A stretch of DNA of 64,000 nucleotides from Clostridia bacterium (GTDB lineage Bacteria; Bacillota; Clostridia; Christensenellales; UBA1242): assembly GCA_017619495.1 (NCBI GenBank), contig JAFZSF010000024.1, forward strand, positions 33,740 to 97,739. Direction: 5' to 3'. The position numbers were made by a program, and so were the translations under genes. This document shows, piece after piece, positions 56,801 to 64,000 of this stretch; the stretch's first letter is position 1, and each line of letters begins with the position of its first letter. The notes beneath the pieces are model-generated. The model did no database searches and had not been told where the DNA came from. It was given only the letters and a program-made list of their open reading frames with translations.

Positions 56801-58202
56801 AGCACAAAAAGCCTTATACCGTGGCGTAAATAAATTAAATGATATTGTTAAAATTACCATTGGCCCTAATGGTCGGAATGTGATTATTGACCGCGACAAT
56901 GGCAGTCCGTTAATCACTAACGACGGCGTGACTATTGCCAAGCAGGTTACTTTACCCAACCGTTACGAAAATTTGGGTGCCGATGTCATCAAGCAAGCAA
57001 GTTTGAAAACCAACACCGAAGCTGGCGACGGCACGACTTCCGCCATTGTGTTAGCCACCGCAATTATTAACCAAGCCAAACGCGCCCTATTTTGGGGTTA
57101 TCAACCAACCCAATTAAAAGATGCTTTATTAAATGCTGCCAATAAAGCCCTAGCATTATTACCACAACATGTCCGCCAAATTCACAAATACGAGGATTTA
57201 CTGCATGTCGCTACCAATAGTTGTGCCAATGCAACTGACGGTGCCATGGTCGCTAAAGCTTTATCTAAAGTCGGTCCCGACGGTTTAATTTCGTTAGAAA
57301 TGAATCAACTGGGTACCACTACTTTATCTTTTACTAATGGCGTAAAAATTGCTGCACACCTTGCTTCGCCCTACTTAAAGACTCCGGCATTACATAATGT
57401 CAAAGTCTTAGTCACGACGGGTACAGTCAAAACTATCCAAGAAATTTTACCCATTTTAGAAGATGCCGTGCAAAATAAAACTCCGCTACTTTTAGTTGCG
57501 GACGATTTTGCCCCCGAAGTGATTAACGCATTGGTTCTTAACCGTGCCAAGGCCGGTTTGCAAATTGTTGCTGTGCGTTCTGACGCGTTAACCGATTGTG
57601 CCGTAGTGACCGATGCTACTTTGATTTCACCTGCCAATGATTTAATTTTAGCCAACGCCACTACCCAGCATTTGGGTTATGCTAACCAAGTACTCTTTGA
57701 AACAGATGCCATGGTAATTTTAAGTGATACATCATCAAGTCCATCTTTTGAGCAACACCTTTATTTACTTAAAGATGAACTCAATGCGACAACCGATGAT
57801 TACCACCGCACGCGTTTGAAAGAACGCATCGCCAATTTATCTGCGACGGCTGGTCTAATTAGTGTTGGCTGTCCCACTGAAGCCGAAACCATGGAAAAAC
57901 GCTTACGCATTGAAGATGCAGTCGCTGCTACCAGTAATGCCATGCGCGACGGCGTGGTCATCGGTGGCGGCTTAACCTACTTAAAAATTGCCCAAGAACT
58001 TAATTCACAAGCAATTGGCGAACGCATTTTGAAACGCGCTTTACCCGCTATTTACCATCAAATTAGACGCAATTATCATTTTCACCCCCGTGATTGTACC
58101 GCCATTGATGCGGCAACGGTTATCAAAAGCGTCATACAAAACGCAACTTCGGCGGCGGCAATTTTAATCACAACGGGTGCCATTATTTCGAACGCGATTT
58201 GA
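56793..58202 (+). CDS. groEL: chaperonin GroEL homolog, shortened (469 aa)
   Basis: Collinear with GroEL: ITNDGVTIAK, AGDGTTS, RIEDAVAAT, VVIGGG. Lacks the first ~10 aa, GFGDRRK and the GGM tail. Overlaps groES by 8 nt. Confidence 0.75.
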   Translation: MNKAQKALYRGVNKLNDIVKITIGPNGRNVIIDRDNGSPLITNDGVTIAKQVTLPNRYENLGADVIKQASLKTNTEAGDGTTSAIVLATAIINQAKRALFWGYQPTQLKDALLNAANKALALLPQHVRQIHKYEDLLHVATNSCANATDGAMVAKALSKVGPDGLISLEMNQLGTTTLSFTNGVKIAAHLASPYLKTPALHNVKVLVTTGTVKTIQEILPILEDAVQNKTPLLLVADDFAPEVINALVLNRAKAGLQIVAVRSDALTDCAVVTDATLISPANDLILANATTQHLGYANQVLFETDAMVILSDTSSSPSFEQHLYLLKDELNATTDDYHRTRLKERIANLSATAGLISVGCPTEAETMEKRLRIEDAVAATSNAMRDGVVIGGGLTYLKIAQELNSQAIGERILKRALPAIYHQIRRNYHFHPRDCTAIDAATVIKSVIQNATSAAAILITTGAIISNAI

Positions 58203-58536
58203 AAATCATACCAATTACCAAGCCCGACACAATCGCGACGGCAATTCCCGCGGACATGGCGGTTAAACCGCCCGTAAAGATGCCAATAAAGCCATACTTA
58301 TCGATATTTTCAAAAGTACCTTTAACTAATCCAGCGCCAAAACCAGTAATTGGTGTGGTTACTCCGGCGCCGGCAAACTGCTTTAATGAATCAAACACCA
58401 TGCACACTTGCAACAACGCACCTAACACGACAAAAGTGACCAAAATGCGCGCCGGCGTCCAATTAGTTTTCAAAATCAACAATTGCCCCAACGCACAGAT
58501 AAACCCACCGACTAAAAACGCCCACAAGAATGTCAT
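58183..58536 (-). CDS. spoVAE: stage V sporulation protein AE
   Basis: 117-aa membrane protein; follows spoVAD. Confidence 0.8.
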   Translation of the reverse strand: MTFLWAFLVGGFICALGQLLILKTNWTPARILVTFVVLGALLQVCMVFDSLKQFAGAGVTTPITGFGAGLVKGTFENIDKYGFIGIFTGGLTAMSAGIAVAIVSGLVIGMIFKSRSK

Positions 58537-59522
58537 GCTGTTACCTCCTCAATAACTACGGCGTTAGCAATACCAGGGGTACTTTCCCCTTGAAAAGTGG
58601 TAGTAGGTGACAACAGTGCCCCTGTTGCCATGAACAAAACTTTATGGTATTCGCCCTTTTGAAACTTGTCCAGAATAAAACCATTCAAAGTTACCGCACT
58701 GCAACCGCAACCTGAACCACCCATATCGACTTTTTGTCGGGCAGCGTAAATCAACTTACCACAATCATAATAATTTTCGCCCAAATCATAACCTTTATCT
58801 TTTAGCAAATCACGCAAAGCTTCTTCACCAATTTGTCCTAAGTCGCCTGAGAAAATTGCATCATAGTCAGACGGCTTAGTTTGCGTATTAGCAAAATGAC
58901 GCGCCAAGGTATCCGCCGCTGCAGGTGCCATTGCCGCCCCCATATTATTAACATCTTTAACTCCGTAATCCACTACCCGTCCAATCGTCCCACAAGTCAC
59001 AGCTACGCGTGATTTTTTACTGGTCGACAAGAAAGTGGCTCCCGCACCAGTTACGGTCCATTGCGAAGTAGGTGGTCGTTGGTTACCGAATTCCAACGGC
59101 GTACGATATTGACGCTCGGCAGTAGCAAAATGCGATCCCGCCACCGCCACCGCGTTTTTAACCACACCAGCATCGACAAAAGTCGCCGCCACTAATAACG
59201 ATAACGCCATTGTGGAACACGCCCCGTAGACCCCGACATACGGCAAACCGATTTCCCGCATGGCAAAAGATGATGAAACAATTTGGTTTAATAAATCACC
59301 AGCAAAAACAATATCAGGTTGTACCCCTGCCGCTTGAATGGCACCCTGAATCGCGGTTACAAAGAACTTGCGTTCCGCGCCTTCGTGGGTTTTTTCGCCG
59401 AAATATTCATCTTTGACAATACGGGAAAAAGTATTCCCCAGCGGACCTTCGCTTTCCTTTTTTCCAGCAACTGAATACCAACCGACGATGCGCGGTTGAT
59501 GCTTAAAGAAAATTGTACTCAT
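58533..59522 (-). CDS. spoVAD: stage V sporulation protein AD
   Basis: Thiolase-like fold; MSTIFFKHQPRIVGWYSVAGKKESEGPLG. ATGA overlap with spoVAC. Confidence 0.9.
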   Translation of the reverse strand: MSTIFFKHQPRIVGWYSVAGKKESEGPLGNTFSRIVKDEYFGEKTHEGAERKFFVTAIQGAIQAAGVQPDIVFAGDLLNQIVSSSFAMREIGLPYVGVYGACSTMALSLLVAATFVDAGVVKNAVAVAGSHFATAERQYRTPLEFGNQRPPTSQWTVTGAGATFLSTSKKSRVAVTCGTIGRVVDYGVKDVNNMGAAMAPAAADTLARHFANTQTKPSDYDAIFSGDLGQIGEEALRDLLKDKGYDLGENYYDCGKLIYAARQKVDMGGSGCGCSAVTLNGFILDKFQKGEYHKVLFMATGALLSPTTTFQGESTPGIANAVVIEEVTA

Positions 59523-59983
59523 ATAAATAACCCCACAATGAAATAACCTAGTCCACACAACATGGCAATCGCCACACCGACCACAATTACAGGACCCGCA
59601 ATTTTGAACATATTGGCGCAGGTACCAAAGATAATACCTTCCTTACGGAATTCCATCGCCGCACTGGTAATACTATTGGAAAATCCAGTAATGGGCACAA
59701 TGGAACCCCCGCCAGCGAAATAACCAATTTTATCATAAACACCAAGTCCGGTTAAAACCGCTGCCAAGAAAATCAAAGTTGATGATACCAGCGCCCCAAT
59801 TTGGGTTTGGTCGTAGTTCGGTAGCCACATTTTATATAAAGCATTCAGACTTTCCCCTAATAAACAAATTAAACCACCGACGATAAAAGCGCGTAACAAG
59901 GAACTCCAAATTTTACTTTTCGGCGTAATTTTCTTAATATACTCCGCATATTCCGCTCGGTCCATGCCATAATTATTGCCCAA
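59519..59983 (-). CDS. spoVAC: stage V sporulation protein AC
   Basis: 154-aa membrane protein, typical SpoVAC. Confidence 0.9.
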   Translation of the reverse strand: MGNNYGMDRAEYAEYIKKITPKSKIWSSLLRAFIVGGLICLLGESLNALYKMWLPNYDQTQIGALVSSTLIFLAAVLTGLGVYDKIGYFAGGGSIVPITGFSNSITSAAMEFRKEGIIFGTCANMFKIAGPVIVVGVAIAMLCGLGYFIVGLFI

Positions 59984-59984
59984 T

Positions 59985-61874
59985 TTAAGTAAACAATACG
60001 ACTGGTTCGCCTTTTTTCACCATAGTAGCTTGCACCGGAAACGAACCTTTAACCTGTTCTCCCTCGCCATCAACTTCAACGAATAAACCAACATGTTCCA
60101 ACGCTGCCACCGCGTCGGCTAAGGTTAAATTGCTAACTTTGGGCACCGCCACCAATGCCGAACCCGTACCATTTTCATAGGTAGTATCAAACGGAAATTT
60201 TTTATACGCGGTAATTTGCCGGAAAATTTCCCCAACGCATGGTGCTGCCACAATACTGCCGTAATAAACGCCCGTACTCGGTTCATCAACATACAAGTAA
60301 CACGCATAACGCGGAGTACCCTGTACCGCTAAGAATCCCCAAAAAGAGGAAACATATTTACCCGCCGCGATGTGCCCGTCGGCATACTTTTGCGCGGTAC
60401 CTGTTTTCCCACCGACTTGATAACCCGGCACCGCAGCTTTTTTACCGCTACCTTGACTGACAACTCCACATAACAAATTACGCAAGGTCGCACTGGTTTG
60501 TTCGGAAACAATGCGTTCTTTAACATTGGACGCCAAAACTGTGTCGCCAATTTGATTAACGAAACGCGGAGTGCGCAAAATACCGTTCCCGACCAAAGCG
60601 CTCACCGTCGCGATAAATTGAATTGGCGAAACCGCAATGGCTTGTCCAAAACCAATGCGCGCCAAATCCACATCACGCACGCGTGCTTGATTTAACAACA
60701 AACCCGACGGCTCACCATAAAAATCGACTCCTGATTTTTGCCCAATGCCGAACTTCTCCAAGTACTGGTAATAGCGTTCGACACCTAACCGTAACGCTAA
60801 ATCCATAAAAACACAGTTACAAGAATTATTAACCCCTTCGGCCAAAGTTTGGGTACCGTGTCCCTTGGTTTTCCAGCATTTAATGCGTTCCCCTGCGATC
60901 GTACGACTACCGGCACAAGTAAATTTATCGTCTAAGCTGACTACCCCCGCTTCTAAAGCGGCCGCCAAAGTAATGGTCTTAAAAGTCGACCCTGGTTCTA
61001 ACACATTAATAATCGGCGAATTTTTGATTTGGGTTAATAATTTACTCAGATCATCACGCGGTTGATCATTAAGGTCATAATAAGGGGCACTCGCCGAAGC
61101 CACTACACCGCCCGTTTGAATGTCGTAAACGATAGCCGCCACGGATTTAGCTTGATGTTCAATGTAAGCCTGGGTAATGACATTTTGTACAATATTTTGT
61201 ATTCCTGCATCAAGGTTCAAATGTAAATCTTGTCCCGCCACCGACGGAACATAATATTCTAAACCAGCTTGCACTTTAATTCCACGCAAATCACTTTGCG
61301 TAGCAATGCGTCCATCTATACCGCGTAAGCAGTCATCATAGTAGGCTTCTAATCCTTCTTGCCCATGATTATCAACACTAACCAGACCCAAGACCTGGGC
61401 ACCGACACCACCCAGCGGATAATTACGGTCGTAAGTTTGACTTAAATAAACCCCATCAAGTTGGGCTGCCACCAGTTGCATGGCGGTATTTTTATCTACT
61501 TGCATTTTAATTAACCATTCACTGACGGTTTTGCTACTGGCTTTTTGTAAAACGCGGTCATAAGACAAATCTAAAAGTGTGGATAAAGTACGCGCGGTTG
61601 CTTCCTTATCCTTAACCGCCACCGGTCGTAAATAAACGCTGTATGTTAAACTCGAAGTCGCTAACGCCAAACCATTGGTATCATAAATGGTACCGCGTTC
61701 GGCCATTAAAGGTAAATCACGGTACCATTGGTCGGCGGCACGCACTTTGAGTGCTTGCCCCGTTAAAATTTGCAACCAAATTAAGCGCCCACTTAATACT
61801 ATAACAACCGCCATGGCTACCGCAAAAAAAGCGGTCAAACGCCGCTTTTCACTGGTGATCGTGTAAAGTCGCAT
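59985..61874 (-). CDS. class B penicillin-binding protein (SpoVD/FtsI type) with one PASTA domain
   Basis: STFK, SCN, KTGT motifs; dcw-cluster position after rsmH and the ftsL-like gene. Confidence 0.85.
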   Translation of the reverse strand: MRLYTITSEKRRLTAFFAVAMAVVIVLSGRLIWLQILTGQALKVRAADQWYRDLPLMAERGTIYDTNGLALATSSLTYSVYLRPVAVKDKEATARTLSTLLDLSYDRVLQKASSKTVSEWLIKMQVDKNTAMQLVAAQLDGVYLSQTYDRNYPLGGVGAQVLGLVSVDNHGQEGLEAYYDDCLRGIDGRIATQSDLRGIKVQAGLEYYVPSVAGQDLHLNLDAGIQNIVQNVITQAYIEHQAKSVAAIVYDIQTGGVVASASAPYYDLNDQPRDDLSKLLTQIKNSPIINVLEPGSTFKTITLAAALEAGVVSLDDKFTCAGSRTIAGERIKCWKTKGHGTQTLAEGVNNSCNCVFMDLALRLGVERYYQYLEKFGIGQKSGVDFYGEPSGLLLNQARVRDVDLARIGFGQAIAVSPIQFIATVSALVGNGILRTPRFVNQIGDTVLASNVKERIVSEQTSATLRNLLCGVVSQGSGKKAAVPGYQVGGKTGTAQKYADGHIAAGKYVSSFWGFLAVQGTPRYACYLYVDEPSTGVYYGSIVAAPCVGEIFRQITAYKKFPFDTTYENGTGSALVAVPKVSNLTLADAVAALEHVGLFVEVDGEGEQVKGSFPVQATMVKKGEPVVLFT

Positions 61875-61894
61875 ACTTATCTGTATGAATAATT

Positions 61895-62665
61895 TTAGTT
61901 AAATAGACGACTTAATGAATGGCATAGCCAATCAAAAAACGAACTATCCACCTGCGCTACAGTTGGTTCCGTGTAAGTACTGGGAGCTTTCATCACATAT
62001 TGAACCTGTTGCGTACCGGTGCCACCGTTGGCATGATTAACAGCCCGTGCTTCTTCCAAACTGGCTTGACCATTGGCCAAGGATTTTTCCAGAGTAGTTG
62101 ATTCTTGCACTAAGGCGTTAACTTCCGCAGACATGGTTACCAAACTGACAATGTTTACAATCAACAGAACTGTCATCAACACAAAAATTGAGGCCACCAC
62201 GCCAATCGCAGCCAGCGTTGATTTTTTGAATTTTACTACATACTGAGTACCTTCTTCCAGTTCATGGTCTAATGGACTTTCCACCACGGTAACCGTTTGT
62301 GGGGCTTCTGCTACCGTAGTAACAGGTGTTTGTACCGCGACCGTAGTCGGGGCAACCGGCGAAGTAAGATATTCGCTACTATCAATATACGGACGCACAA
62401 CCTGTGGTTCGGCTTCCGTTGTTACTTCTTCATAGGTTTCATACGGACGCAACGCGGTCGTGTCAACTACCTTAGGGCGCGCCGGCATCGCGGCGGGTTC
62501 ATGATAATGCGCAAATGATGGACGCACTGGTTCATGCTTTTGTACTACCTGTTCAGGGGCTGGCGCCGTCATAATGGGTGTTGTTTGTGGTTCACGAGCA
62601 AACAAAATCGCCGCTGCCTCTTCCTTAGCAGAAACGATTCCCGGACTTTCAACTGCTGTTGCCAT
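61895..62665 (-). CDS. FtsL-like bitopic membrane protein with a long P/T/V/E-rich N-terminal region
   Basis: Single TM (IGVVASIFVLMTVLLIVNIV) followed by a coiled coil. Located between rsmH and the PBP. AGGAGG before the ATG at 62665. Confidence 0.45.
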   Translation of the reverse strand: MATAVESPGIVSAKEEAAAILFAREPQTTPIMTAPAPEQVVQKHEPVRPSFAHYHEPAAMPARPKVVDTTALRPYETYEEVTTEAEPQVVRPYIDSSEYLTSPVAPTTVAVQTPVTTVAEAPQTVTVVESPLDHELEEGTQYVVKFKKSTLAAIGVVASIFVLMTVLLIVNIVSLVTMSAEVNALVQESTTLEKSLANGQASLEEARAVNHANGGTGTQQVQYVMKAPSTYTEPTVAQVDSSFFDWLCHSLSRLFN

Positions 62666-62672
62666 GCCCCTC

Positions 62673-63632
62673 CTACAACTTACAAACCACACGCAGTTTA
62701 GCGGAGGCACTGCGCGGGTTAGACTTTGTCTCTTCTATTGTCGGACAAATTGGTTTCTTTGTCAACAATTTTACCGTTGCTCGATGTCCACAAATACACT
62801 GCGGAATTTTAGGTGGACACAAACAATCGGTGGCTTCCCGCTTAAAAGTTTGTTTAACGATCCGATCCTCCAAACTATGAAAGCTGATGACCGCTAAGCG
62901 ACCATTGGGCTTTAACATTTTAATGGCGCCGTCTAAGAATTTTTCAATACTTTCCAGTTCTTGGTTTACCTCAATGCGAATCGCTTGGAAAGTGCGTTTG
63001 GCTGGGTGACCACCCGTTTTGCCATAACCAGCTGGAACTGCCTGTTTAATTACATCGACTAAATGTCCCGTACTCCGAATGGGACGCGCCGCGACAATCG
63101 CCGCCGCAATCCGACGCGCGTAACGCTCTTCCCCGTACTGCCAAATAATATCAGCCAAACGACCTTCTGGATAACCATTAACCACTGTATCCGCAGTCTT
63201 GGTGGCATCGGTATCCATGCGCATATCCAAGGGCGCATCTTGGGTGTACGAAAAACCCCGTTCTGGCGTATCAATTTGATAAGACGAAACTCCGAAGTCC
63301 GCTAGGATGGCGTCCACCCCATCAATGCCCATGCTGGGTAAGACATCGGCGATATCGCGAAAGTTACATTTTACTAAACGGACAGCGACCTGTGGTGCTG
63401 TCGCCAAAACTTGGGCACTAAACTGCAAAGCGGTAGTATCCCGGTCTAAACCGACCAAGGTACCACCGCTAATGTGTTTAACTATTTCACGACTGTGACC
63501 CGCACCACCTAAGGTGGCATCAACCACAACCATGTTTTTTTTCAAATTCAAAGCTGTTAAGCATTCGTGTAGTAAAACTGGTATGTGTTGGAAATTAAGC
63601 GTGCTTGGATCAATCATATCCCCATTTATCAT
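62673..63632 (-). CDS. rsmH: 16S rRNA (cytosine1402-N4)-methyltransferase RsmH
   Basis: HIPVLLHE, DATLGGAGHS, DFGVSSYQ, FHSLEDR. Confidence 0.95.
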   Translation of the reverse strand: MINGDMIDPSTLNFQHIPVLLHECLTALNLKKNMVVVDATLGGAGHSREIVKHISGGTLVGLDRDTTALQFSAQVLATAPQVAVRLVKCNFRDIADVLPSMGIDGVDAILADFGVSSYQIDTPERGFSYTQDAPLDMRMDTDATKTADTVVNGYPEGRLADIIWQYGEERYARRIAAAIVAARPIRSTGHLVDVIKQAVPAGYGKTGGHPAKRTFQAIRIEVNQELESIEKFLDGAIKMLKPNGRLAVISFHSLEDRIVKQTFKREATDCLCPPKIPQCICGHRATVKLLTKKPICPTIEETKSNPRSASAKLRVVCKL

Positions 63633-63655
63633 TGACCCAAGCCTCCCTTAATGCC

Positions 63656-64000
63656 TTAATTGTATACCTTGCTACGATATGACGCAACTTTTTTATAACT
63701 ATCAGCGCGAATGTCGGTATCCAACGCTGCCAACAACTGTGCAGTGCGTTTATCGACTGTCTTAGGCATTTCCACGAAAATCTTAACGATTAAATCACCC
63801 GTTCCTAAAGCGCGCAACTTTTTCACACCTTTACCACGAATACGACGCAAAGTGCCACTCTGGGTATTCGGCGGGATTTCTAAATCCATATAACCACCGA
63901 CTACGGGAATTTTTACTTTGGTACCCAAAATAGCTTGGGTAAAGGTAATGGGTAATTCCATGTACAAATCAAAATCTTCACGCATCAAGATCGGGTGTTT
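63656..64000 (-). CDS. DnaJ/CbpA-family chaperone, C-terminal part (gene continues past the right edge)
   Basis: ..ITFTQAILGTKVKIPVVGG..EIPPNTQSGTLRRIRGKGVKKL..GDLIVKIFVEMP is the DnaJ C-terminal domain pattern. The reading frame stays open to position 64000. Confidence 0.7.
   Translation of the reverse strand, partial: KHPILMREDFDLYMELPITFTQAILGTKVKIPVVGGYMDLEIPPNTQSGTLRRIRGKGVKKLRALGTGDLIVKIFVEMPKTVDKRTAQLLAALDTDIRADSYKKVASYRSKVYN

Overview
Gene-dense chromosomal segment, mostly minus strand, from an endospore-forming Firmicute (Clostridia-like). I did not compute GC content, and no taxon can be assigned from the sequence alone. Sporulation content: the complete spoIIIAA-AH operon, gpr, sigK, spoIVA, spoVAC/AD/AE, a SpoVD/FtsI-type PBP, an FtsK/SpoIIIE translocase, and a receiver-less Spo0A_C-domain protein. 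Housekeeping content: smpB, trpS, aspS, asnS, valS, pyrG, rpsT, parE/parC, nrdD/nrdG, pnp, plsY, der, groES/groEL, rsmH and a dnaJ 3' end. There are five tRNAs: Val, 2x Ser, Asn and Thr. No rRNA, CRISPR array, transposase or integrase was seen. The main hunt result is an intact, translationally coupled, P22-ordered phage head/packaging module at 45.7-51.5 kb (TerL, portal, scaffold, coat, plus 4 small or unknown ORFs). It has no recognisable tail, lysis, integration or regulatory genes, and it sits between pnp and sigK/spoIVA. The second result is that about a dozen first-in-operon genes have a near-consensus sigA-type promoter whose -10 ends only 6-11 nt before the ATG, with no Shine-Dalgarno. 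This predicts widespread leaderless mRNAs, whereas internal operon genes use strong SDs. Other observations: several conserved enzymes have lost catalytic motifs (IlvD/Edd-like, YugP-like, NodB-like). ValRS has two adjacent anticodon-binding-domain segments in swapped order. ParC carries a ~300-aa acidic N-terminal extension. A Cys-elbow hydrolase-like ORF starts 5 nt after a tRNA-Ser. There are also several orphan operons. All functional calls rest on my own reading of motifs in the supplied translations; no database search was run.
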